From an archaeon (GTDB lineage Archaea; Iainarchaeota; Iainarchaeia; Iainarchaeales; 0-14-0-20-34-12), in the NCBI GenBank assembly GCA_038046645.1, contig JBBSVU010000001.1, positions 62,848 to 82,257 on the forward strand: 19,410 bases of DNA, written 5' to 3'. Below are positions 9,371-16,926 of this stretch, piece by piece. Both the position numbers and the translations under genes were made by a program. Each line of letters starts with the position of its first letter. Position 1 is the first letter of the stretch. A model generated the notes under the pieces. That model did not search any database, was not told the origin of the DNA, and saw nothing but the letters and a program-made list of their open reading frames with translations.

Positions 9371-9389
9371 TCAGATCCCAGTGGGGGCA
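9371..9389 (+). pseudogene. 3' remnant of a tRNA gene (T loop, T stem 3' strand, acceptor 3' strand, discriminator)
   Basis: TCAGAT CCCAG TGGGGGC A has tRNA 3'-end spacing; it matches no intact tRNA here but pairs with 8042-8048. Confidence 0.55.
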
Positions 9390-9448
9390 AGCCCCTTTCT
9401 TTTCTTGCGAAGAAAAGAAAGGCCCTTGGGTTCAAAGAAAAGAAACTA
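9390..9448 (+). repeat. Pyrimidine/purine hairpin element, copy A
   Basis: CCTTTCTTTTCTT-GCG-AAGAAAAGAAAGG (9394-9422) then GGTTCAAAGAAAAGAA; closely matches 9786-9843. Confidence 0.85.
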
Positions 9449-9493
9449 TTTAATTAGCTTTTAGTCAAGTATGTTATACTAAAGATCAGTTAA

Positions 9494-9577
9494 GCACGGG
9501 TTGGAGAGTGGCCTAATCCATCGGCTTTAGGGGCCGACGCCTTAGTGGCTTCGCAGGTTCGAATCCTGTCCCGTGCA
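9494..9577 (+). tRNA. tRNA-Leu(TAG)
   Basis: GCACGGG/CCCGTGC acceptor, TCGGC-TTTAGGG-GCCGA anticodon arm, long variable arm, TTCGAAT T loop. Confidence 0.96.
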
Positions 9578-9785
9578 AAACCATTGCGAAGCAATGGTTG
9601 GGCAGTATGTTAATATCAAGAAAATATTATTCTTTGATAAAACTTTCTTTTTAAGAAAGTTTTGAATCCTGTCCCGTGCACTGCCAACCGAAGGTTGGCA
9701 CTGAACAGCATAAGTAATATTATGCAAAATATTATTCTTTGATAAAACTTTCTTTCTAAGAAAGTTTTGAAGACTGTCCCGTGCA
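9578..9785 (+). repeat. Two tandem ~104-bp units, each ending in a copy of the tRNA-Leu 3' end
   Basis: GAATCCTGTCCCGTGCA (9561-9577) repeats at 9664-9680 (17/17) and 9769-9785 (15/17); 9621-9680 vs 9726-9785 match 57/60. Confidence 0.9.
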
Positions 9786-9843
9786 AACCCCTTTCTTTTC
9801 TTAGAAAGAAAAGAAAGGCCTTTTGGTTCAAAGAAAAGAACTA
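9786..9843 (+). repeat. Pyrimidine/purine hairpin element, copy B
   Basis: CCTTTCTTTTCTT-AGA-AAGAAAAGAAAGG (9790-9818) then GGTTCAAAGAAAAGAA. Confidence 0.85.
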
Positions 9844-9881
9844 ACTAAAAAGAATAATTTAAAGAAAACTGATAAGATAAC

Positions 9882-10766
9882 CTAGCTTTTTTCCTTTGAA
9901 ATAGTAATAATTACCACTCCAACTAATGCAAGTAAAATACCTAAGTATTGCACCAGAGCAAGAACCTCTGCAAATAAAATAAAGGAACCTATTGCAGTTA
10001 TTATTGGTGCAAATACCTCAATTAACGAACCAAGTATGGCTTTTATCCTTTTTAATGATTCATAATAAAACAGGTACGGCACTAATGTGCCTGTTACAAC
10101 AATGCCAAACAAAAGCAGGAAATCATTAAAACTTATTTGGAATAGCTCAGTGACATTTGAGAATAACAATAAAGGAATCAGAAAAATCGTCCCTGAAATA
10201 ATCCTTACTGTGAGTATGGTCAATGAAGATAAAGATTTTGTCAAATAACGGCCTAAAACAGTGCAAATAGCAAAACTAAAACAAGAAAATAAAGACAAAA
10301 GTATTCCTTGCACAGTTATATTAAAATCAGCATTCCCTAGGCCCATCATCAAGATAGCAATTAGGATTAGGCAAGTGGCAAATAACTCTTTTTTATTAAT
10401 GGTTTCCTTTAGGAAAATCCAGCCCAAAAGCAAAACAAAGATAGGCTGCATCTGCACTATTGTAGTAGACAGGGTAGGGCCAATAAATCCAATTGCATAA
10501 ATAAAAGACAGCCAACCCAAAATTATCCCAAAAAATCCTACTGAAATAGCCAGCAACTTTACCTTAGGTGAAACTTTAGAAAATTCACTAACCTTTTTAG
10601 CATGAACAAATAGGGGAAGAATAAACAAAAAAGACATTAGATAAACAGCAAAGGATAAGGTAATTGGGGAAAATTTGTGGGATAAAAATTTTAAGATTAA
10701 GGAATATGATCCAAAGCCAAGGCTTGCTAATAGCATTAGCAGTATTCCCTTAGTCCTTTCATCCAT
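9882..10766 (-). CDS. EamA/DMT family transporter
   Basis: 294 aa, about 10 TM helices in two repeats; motifs QPIFVLLLGWIFLKE and PIITAIGSFILFAE. Confidence 0.92.
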   Translation of the reverse strand: MDERTKGILLMLLASLGFGSYSLILKFLSHKFSPITLSFAVYLMSFLFILPLFVHAKKVSEFSKVSPKVKLLAISVGFFGIILGWLSFIYAIGFIGPTLSTTIVQMQPIFVLLLGWIFLKETINKKELFATCLILIAILMMGLGNADFNITVQGILLSLFSCFSFAICTVLGRYLTKSLSSLTILTVRIISGTIFLIPLLLFSNVTELFQISFNDFLLLFGIVVTGTLVPYLFYYESLKRIKAILGSLIEVFAPIITAIGSFILFAEVLALVQYLGILLALVGVVIITISKEKS

Positions 10767-10900
10767 AGTAACTTCATCAGCAAAGAGATTAATATGACTT
10801 TCCTGCTTGTAAAATAGCAGGGGCTATGCACAAACCAAATACCCCTAAAAATCGACAATCAAGAAGTTATTAAAAAGTTATGAGATAGATAATAATTAAG

Positions 10901-10964
10901 ATTCTCTTTTCTTTTACAAACCTATTTTTTCTTTTCTCTTAGAAAGAGAAAAGAAAAAACGGTT
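10901..10964 (-). repeat. Pyrimidine/purine hairpin element, copy C, directly upstream of tRNA-Pro
   Basis: 16-bp stem 10925-10940/10944-10959 with 3-nt loop and a distal TTCTCTTTTCTTTT tract. Confidence 0.75.
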
Positions 10965-11037
10965 GGGGAGATAGTATAGCCTGGCAGTACTTAACCTTGG
11001 GGTGGTTAAAACCTGGGTCCGAATCCCAGTCTTCCCA
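10965..11037 (+). tRNA. tRNA-Pro(GGG) with atypical T loop TCCGAAT
   Basis: GGGGAGA/TCTTCCC acceptor, TAACC-TTGGGGT-GGTTA anticodon arm, CTGGG/CCCAG T stem. Confidence 0.92.
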
Positions 11038-11174
11038 AACCTTTTCTCATTAAGAAAATAAAATAAGCATGCAATAAAAAAGTCATTAATTTACCATTAG
11101 TCCATATTGCACAATTCTTGCTTCAAATAGGTTTTTAAATATTAGTGGCAAATATTCTGCATAGGTGATCAAAA

Positions 11175-11312
11175 ATGGTATTCGATCTTATGTACGGTTG
11201 CGGTGCTTGCGGAGACGACGATGATTTTGACTCTGATGAAGACTTTGAGGATGAAGAGGAAGAAGAAGATAGTGATGAGGACTTTGAAGCAGAAGAAGGG
11301 GAAAATTACTAA
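11175..11312 (+). CDS. Unannotated 45-aa hyperacidic protein with a CxxC motif
   Basis: MVFDLMYGCGACGDDDDFDSDEDFEDEEEEEDSDEDFEAEEGENY; AGGTGAT at 11163-11169, TATA-like TTTTAAAT at 11133-11140, T-rich tract after the stop. Confidence 0.75.
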   Translation: MVFDLMYGCGACGDDDDFDSDEDFEDEEEEEDSDEDFEAEEGENY

Positions 11313-11396
11313 CTTTTAACATTCTAATTCCTTTTTATTTTTTTCTTATTCTTATTTTTCATATCCCCCATTATTTTTATAATTTGAACTCAGCAT

Positions 11397-11469
11397 GGCT
11401 GCGGTAGTACAATGGCTAGTATCTAGGGCTGTGGACCCTTGGAACCGAGTTCGATTCTCGGCCGCGGCC
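11397..11469 (+). tRNA. tRNA-His(GTG) with genomically encoded G-1
   Basis: G-GCTGCGG/CCGCGGC-C acceptor with C73, TAGGG-CTGTGGA-CCCTT anticodon arm, TTCGATT T loop. Confidence 0.95.
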
Positions 11470-11476
11470 TTTCTAC

Positions 11477-12088
11477 TTAGGCTGTAGAAGAAGTTCTTTC
11501 CTCATCAGCAGGCTTAGCAGATAATGCCCTTCTTGCAGCTGCTGCATTCAATAATAATGCCCTGTTGTATCTATGCCTGCGCCGCAACAATCTCTTATCA
11601 TGCACCCCAACTTCCCTTTTATGCTTCCTTGCCTTAGCCCTTAATTCGTTAAATTCTTTCTCATAATCTGAAATCATTTCCTCAAAACCATGTGCTTCCC
11701 TTAGCAATTGCTTCTTCCTGCTTTGAAGACCTGATATTTTATATGCAATGCTGGCTTTAGCTATGGGTTTAAATCTTACTGCTGCCAAATCCAAACGTTG
11801 TTGCTGCAAAGCTACTAATTTTCTATTTACTGAAGCAAGCTCGCTCTTTATTCTTGAATAAACATCATAGACTGAAGCAACTCTTGATTTTACCTTATCA
11901 GTACCTTGTTCTTGCATCAGTCTTTCCAATTCTCCTTGATAGTGCACTTTCTGCCATTTATGGTAGCTTCTCCAGGTTTTATCCCAAACGTTAGCGGAAA
12001 CCTTTGCGGTTTTTCTTGCAGCTTCAGCTATTTTTTTAGCACTAATTGAAACTACTTTTTTAAACAATGGTTTAAGAGGCCTTCTCAT
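11477..12088 (-). CDS. Highly basic coiled-coil orphan protein; likely start ATG 12088 (MRRPLKP)
   Basis: K/R-rich and helical; the 12088 start removes the overlap with hisS and lies about 25 nt from the TATA-like TTTAAA near 12114-12119. Confidence 0.7.
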   Translation of the reverse strand: MRRPLKPLFKKVVSISAKKIAEAARKTAKVSANVWDKTWRSYHKWQKVHYQGELERLMQEQGTDKVKSRVASVYDVYSRIKSELASVNRKLVALQQQRLDLAAVRFKPIAKASIAYKISGLQSRKKQLLREAHGFEEMISDYEKEFNELRAKARKHKREVGVHDKRLLRRRHRYNRALLLNAAAARRALSAKPADEERTSSTA

Positions 12089-12144
12089 AAATAAAATGGA
12101 CAGAAAAACTGTTTTTAAACCTAAATGAAACCTATTATATGTGT

Positions 12145-13416
12145 ATGTTGCAGACAATACGCGGAATGCGTGATTTAGAACCTCAGTTGGCAAGGAAGAA
12201 AAACTTCGTATTAGGCATATGCAAATCTGTTTTTGAGAAATATGGATTTAAGCCAATAGAAACACCGGCAGTAGAATATTTGGAATTATTGACAAAAAAG
12301 GGTTCTGCAGGTGCAGAAATTGAAAAAGAAATTTATGCTTTTGAAGACAAATCCAACAGAAAATTAGGGTTAAGGTTTGACTTAACTGTTCCATTGGCAA
12401 GATATGTTGCTTCAAATCCAACGTTAAGATTGCCATTTAAAAGATATCAAATTGGTTCTGTGTACAGGTATGACAGGCCGCAAGAGAAAAGATACAGGGA
12501 ATTTACCCAGGCAGATATTGATATAGTTGGAACAGAGTCAATCCTTGCGGAATTTGAGATTATTGCTGTTGTGATTGAAACATGCCAAAAAATCGGTTTG
12601 AAGAATTTTTATGTTAAAATAAACTCAAGAAAATTGCTTGAAGAAATTGCAAAATGCTGCAACATCCCAAATGACAAAATAAAGGAATGCTTCAGGTGCA
12701 TTGACAAATTAGATAAAATTGGCTGGGAAGGGGTTCAGAAAGAATTGCAAGCATATGGTTTGGATACAAAAATCTGCGAGATTGTAAAAAATAATAATTT
12801 TGAAAGTACAATAAAAATGATTGAGAAGGGCAAGGGCAATTCTGAATGCATAAAAGAACTGAAAGAACTGTTTGAATTATTGAAAAAATTCTCTCTTGAC
12901 AAATATGTGAAATTAGATTTGAGTTTAGCGCGCGGATTGGAATATTATACTGGCATAGTTTTTGAAATTGTTGCTGACGGCCCAAGTATAGGAGGAGGGG
13001 GGAGATATGATAAATTAATTGGCACTTATGGCAGCAAGGATGTTCCTGCTGTCGGCATTTCCTTTGGAATTGACCGTGTCATAGACAATATGCAAAAAGA
13101 CTTTGGAACAGAATCAAAAATTTTTATTATCCCTGCAAATGAAAATGTGAGAATTCAGTCATTAGAATTTGTGCAGGAATTGAGGGAAAATAATATTGCG
13201 AGCGAAATTGATTTAATGGATAGGAATATTTCAAAGAATCTGGATTATGCAAATAAGGAAGGCATTCCTTTTGTGATAGTATTGGGGGATAAAGAACTGA
13301 AAGAAAAGAAGTTTTCCCTGAAGGATATGAAAACAGGAAAAGAAACTCTGTTGAAATTGGATGAAATTGGAAAATTGAAAGAGATTATTGAAAAATATAG
13401 TAAAGGATATAAATAG
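12145..13416 (+). CDS. hisS: Histidyl-tRNA synthetase
   Basis: RGMRD, LRFDLTVPLAR, YRYDRPQEKRYREFTQ, RGLEYYTG, GGGRYD and a C-terminal anticodon-binding domain. Confidence 0.97.
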   Translation: MLQTIRGMRDLEPQLARKKNFVLGICKSVFEKYGFKPIETPAVEYLELLTKKGSAGAEIEKEIYAFEDKSNRKLGLRFDLTVPLARYVASNPTLRLPFKRYQIGSVYRYDRPQEKRYREFTQADIDIVGTESILAEFEIIAVVIETCQKIGLKNFYVKINSRKLLEEIAKCCNIPNDKIKECFRCIDKLDKIGWEGVQKELQAYGLDTKICEIVKNNNFESTIKMIEKGKGNSECIKELKELFELLKKFSLDKYVKLDLSLARGLEYYTGIVFEIVADGPSIGGGGRYDKLIGTYGSKDVPAVGISFGIDRVIDNMQKDFGTESKIFIIPANENVRIQSLEFVQELRENNIASEIDLMDRNISKNLDYANKEGIPFVIVLGDKELKEKKFSLKDMKTGKETLLKLDEIGKLKEIIEKYSKGYK

Positions 13417-13532
13417 GGAAACATAATTGGTCCTTTACTGCCTAGCAAAAGATAATAAACAATCTCAAAATTAAATTCTTTTGCTATAGATACTATTAAA
13501 ATTCTTGTTTTGTGAGAATATATAGAACTAAT

Positions 13533-13619
13533 GCCCTATTAGCGCAGTGGTTAGCGCACGTGCTTGGTATCTATTGAACAAATAGCACGGGGTCCCGGGT
13601 TCAATTCCCGGATAGGGCT
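13533..13619 (+). tRNA. tRNA-Thr(GGT) with a 14-nt intron at 37/38 (13570-13583)
   Basis: GCCCTAT/ATAGGGC acceptor; CGTGC-TTGGTA[TCTATTGAACAAAT]A-GCACG; CCGGG-TTCAATT-CCCGG. Confidence 0.93.
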
Positions 13620-14602
13620 CTAACTTTAGCTAAATTTCTTTCATTAGAAAAACCTATTAGCTGCATCCATTTTTCTAATTGTGCTAGTCCATAAACTTCA
13701 ATACAATAGCTGCACCTTTTAACATTCTCATGAGTATACAAACTAAATTCCTTTGACAAAATTTCTTTAAGTTGTAAATATAAGTTCTTGCTTACTGTCT
13801 GTAAAGTAATCCGCGGATAACATCCTTTATATGTTGGTCTTTCATCCAGATAGACACAACCATCAGTATCAAAAATTCCCCTAATTGTTGCAAAAATAAA
13901 TTTTTTATCAGATGCGAGTATCACATCTGGAATTTTTATTGTAAAAGACTTTTTACCAACCGGAAAATCAAATTTATTAATTAAGAAATGAAATAATGGC
14001 TTAGAATGAAATCTAACCCTCACAACATTACCTAAAGGTACTTCGATTATTTTTCCTTTAAGAATGCTTATGCTATGTTCAAGGTTGTTAGTTAAATAAT
14101 TAATATATTGTTTGTCTTTTTTTAGATTACCAACTACTTCAATAAGATACCTATTTTCATATTTCCCTATAAATCCATCTCCAATTAAAGCACCAATAAA
14201 TTCACAAATAATCTCTGACAAAGGCATATTTATGCGTGAGAAATGATGATACCTTCTCCAATTGCTTTTTATTGCCTTCATTCTTCCCTTCTCAAATATT
14301 TCGGGGTACTGTTTGGAAGTAATTTTCCCACCCAATTTAGCTCCCCAATTTGCTTCTTTTGTTGAAATATTTTGCAGAAAATACTGTTGCTTTGATTTTT
14401 CTAAAGCAGAATTAAGTTCAGCAAACAAATCACAGGGCAATGTGTTAATGCCATATTGATATCTTTGAAAAACACTTCGGTAAATGCCTAACGTATTCGC
14501 TAAATCTCTCCAAGTTTTAGCAGCATAAGAACTTCTTATGTCTTGGAAAAAATCTTCCCTTATTTTGTCATCTTTAAAATAAACTCTCGTATTTTTATCC
14601 AT
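13601..14602 (-). CDS. Free-standing double-motif LAGLIDADG endonuclease with N-terminal HTH; stop codon antisense within the tRNA-Thr T loop
   Basis: Motifs ICEFIGALIGDG and ATIRGIFDTDG; HTH-like WRDLANTLGIYRSVFQRYQYG; NWGxxxGG linker shared with 8100-9296. Confidence 0.9.
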   Translation of the reverse strand: MDKNTRVYFKDDKIREDFFQDIRSSYAAKTWRDLANTLGIYRSVFQRYQYGINTLPCDLFAELNSALEKSKQQYFLQNISTKEANWGAKLGGKITSKQYPEIFEKGRMKAIKSNWRRYHHFSRINMPLSEIICEFIGALIGDGFIGKYENRYLIEVVGNLKKDKQYINYLTNNLEHSISILKGKIIEVPLGNVVRVRFHSKPLFHFLINKFDFPVGKKSFTIKIPDVILASDKKFIFATIRGIFDTDGCVYLDERPTYKGCYPRITLQTVSKNLYLQLKEILSKEFSLYTHENVKRCSYCIEVYGLAQLEKWMQLIGFSNERNLAKVRALSGN

Positions 14603-14843
14603 ATAACCAACTTACCATAAACTAATTACTCTAAGAATCAGTAATTTCTCAAATAACCTCTTTTCGGAAGAGCAGATTTCCCCTGAAAAATATCTTTTTA
14701 TAGATACGCAAATAGGGCATGGCTACTTCATTTTTGTCTTATTGTGGAACTTCAGTGAAACAAAAGAAGCAAAAGGACTCAGCATTTAGCGTAAAGCAAC
14801 CCTTAAAAATACTTAAATTTTAATAATAACATAGTGAATTGAA

Positions 14844-15533
14844 ATGTCCTTTGAAAAGCTTGATGATAGATTGGTTGAATTGCTTATTGATAAATACATT
14901 AAGCATAATGATGTTGTTGCATTTGGTTCGAGCATCCATTCAGAACGCTTTGTAAAGAAAATGGCCTTGAAAGCTGAAACTGAAAATTTGCATATTAAGA
15001 TAGTGCCAACCTCTGCAAGAATTGCAGAAATTGCACATTCTTTAGGATTAAATATTGTTTCAATAAATGATGCTGAAATAGATATTTCAATTGAATTTGC
15101 TGAAATTATCGATAATGACTTTAATTTTGTAAAAAGAGACACTTTATCATTAGTAAGGGATAAAATGATAGCACAAAGTGCTGCAAAATTAATAGCAATT
15201 TCTCAAAAGGAGAACTTTGTAAAGCATTTATATGGCATTGTGCCATTTGAAATAACCCAATTTGGCTGGAAAAGGACACTTGCGCAGTTAGAACAATTTG
15301 GTGCAAGCAGCTTGAGAAAACAGGACAACAAAGCAAGCATTACTGAAAGCGGAAATTATTTGGCTGATGTTGATATAAGGGTGAAATTCTTGCCGGAAGA
15401 TATTGATTATGCAGCAAAGAATATTCCTGGTGTTTTAGAAACCGGCTTATTTATTGGGTGTGCAGATAAAGCATTGCTTTATTCTGCAAAAGGGATTGAG
15501 GTTAAAGGATTAATGCACGATAAAATAAAATAG
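14844..15533 (+). CDS. rpiA: Ribose-5-phosphate isomerase A-like protein with degenerate active-site motifs
   Basis: VPTS, VPFEI, ITESGNYLAD and IPGVLETGLF fit RpiA; GTGST, DGAD and KGGG are not conserved. Confidence 0.75.
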   Translation: MSFEKLDDRLVELLIDKYIKHNDVVAFGSSIHSERFVKKMALKAETENLHIKIVPTSARIAEIAHSLGLNIVSINDAEIDISIEFAEIIDNDFNFVKRDTLSLVRDKMIAQSAAKLIAISQKENFVKHLYGIVPFEITQFGWKRTLAQLEQFGASSLRKQDNKASITESGNYLADVDIRVKFLPEDIDYAAKNIPGVLETGLFIGCADKALLYSAKGIEVKGLMHDKIK

Positions 15534-15537
15534 CAAA

Positions 15538-15987
15538 CTAACTTTCTCTGATTATTTCATCAATAATATCCCTAAGTCTGTTGATTAGGTGATTCCTAAA
15601 TATACTACCTTTCGCTTCTGCCCTTGTTTCTAAGGCAGTTTGCAAAGCCTGCTTTAATGCCGGCAAAGCTTTTATTCCTGCTAGCTGTTGCAATCCACAA
15701 GCTGCACACAGCTTTACATGATCATCTGCATCAGTGGCTAATGACTTTTTCAATGCTGGTATGGATTGAACACTGTTTAAATCAACTAAGTTTAAAGCCG
15801 CTGAACTTCTTTTCCTGGGATTTGGATCAGCAATTAATGTTCTTTCCGCAGCCTCAACACTCCCCATAAGATTTCTTGCTAAAACTGCCTTTTTTCTTAA
15901 TTTCTTAAATACGCGCTTTGCGTCAAGCAAATTTCCCATAGGCTTAACTAAACGGCTTGTTCTTGATGTTGGTAGTTTTCGCGGCAT
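15538..15987 (-). CDS. HEAT/PBS-lyase repeat protein with basic N-terminus
   Basis: DPNPRKRSSAALNL...SIPALKKSLATDADDHVKLCAACGL...ALPALKQAL. Confidence 0.8.
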   Translation of the reverse strand: MPRKLPTSRTSRLVKPMGNLLDAKRVFKKLRKKAVLARNLMGSVEAAERTLIADPNPRKRSSAALNLVDLNSVQSIPALKKSLATDADDHVKLCAACGLQQLAGIKALPALKQALQTALETRAEAKGSIFRNHLINRLRDIIDEIIRES

Positions 15988-16131
15988 TTTATCACAATAA
16001 TAAATGGCAAATAGGAAATTTAAATGCTTTTATAAAAAACAAAATAATAACTATGCTAATTCAACGGAAATCTACTCTCTCTCCTCTTGTTTATATACAA
16101 AACAAGCCTGCTTAAGTAGGGATAATTAAAA

Positions 16132-16926
16132 ATGAGATATCTAAAACCTAAATGCTTTAACTATGTCAATACAAATATTCAGGCACTTCCCAAAGATAGT
16201 TTACTATTTAATGCTGAACTAAGGCTCATGCCAAATAAAAGAACAAGAACAGTACGATTCTATTCGACTCCCCTAAACAAAAAAATACGTAAAAGAGCTA
16301 TTTACATTAGCATAAAATTTAATAAAAAACAAAACATATTTTACCTAAAACCAATAATTAAAGGTAAGAACCGGTTGTATGCCTTACGTAAAGATACTGT
16401 TGGATTTGCAGCAACCGATATGACCAAAAAAATAAAACTTAAGTCTGGAAAAACACGAAAGTGCGCAGTTTTAATAAAGCCCACTGATTTTGGATTTAAA
16501 TTATCCGAACACATAATTGACAAAGATGCCTCTAAGCTATATAAAGAATTAATTAAATTAAGTTTTTTGAATTACCCTATAAAAGTGACACCTAACAATC
16601 ACTGTGGTGACCTACTTGTTTCAAAAAAAGGAAAAATATATTGTATCCATATTAGTGTTGCCTGTCCACATACTTCTAATAGAAAAATAAGGTCAATTAA
16701 CCGACACCGCTTATTTGGGAAAATAATTTATCAAGCAATGGAAGCCACAAAGAACCTTAAGTGTAAAAACATTGCAATAATTAATAAAGAATTAGTGGAT
16801 ACCAACACATTCAATGAGACTACTGTTAATTTTCTAAAAAAACATGTAGATTTATTGATATTCACAGATTTTTCACATAATTGGGAAAGAAAAGTAGCTA
16901 ATATAATTGCCGAGGGCGTGAATTGA
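16132..16926 (+). CDS. Basic orphan with possible C-terminal PD-(D/E)XK nuclease-like fold; stop codon antisense within the tRNA-Met T loop (alternative start 16228)
   Basis: K/R-rich; HCGDLLVSKKGKIYCIHIS resembles the D-hhh...h-E-x-K core, but with H-x-S in place of E-x-K. Confidence 0.6.
   Translation: MRYLKPKCFNYVNTNIQALPKDSLLFNAELRLMPNKRTRTVRFYSTPLNKKIRKRAIYISIKFNKKQNIFYLKPIIKGKNRLYALRKDTVGFAATDMTKKIKLKSGKTRKCAVLIKPTDFGFKLSEHIIDKDASKLYKELIKLSFLNYPIKVTPNNHCGDLLVSKKGKIYCIHISVACPHTSNRKIRSINRHRLFGKIIYQAMEATKNLKCKNIAIINKELVDTNTFNETTVNFLKKHVDLLIFTDFSHNWERKVANIIAEGVN

Noticed and set aside
9561..9785. CRISPR-like repeat-spacer array
   Set aside because: The repeated end is the tRNA-Leu 3' terminus, the intervening DNA is largely shared between units, and no cas genes are present.
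9148..9831. Short minus-strand ORFs (95, 61, 71 aa) with shared peptide motifs
   Set aside because: They are antisense translations of tRNAs and the repeat elements.
12089..12193. N-terminal extension of the minus-strand orphan overlapping hisS
   Set aside because: It spans the divergent promoter and the hisS start; ATG 12088 is more plausible.
14603..14843. Small ORF or ncRNA upstream of rpiA
   Set aside because: Only short frames without a convincing start context and one small hairpin (CTCTT-TTCGG-AAGAG); no supportable call.
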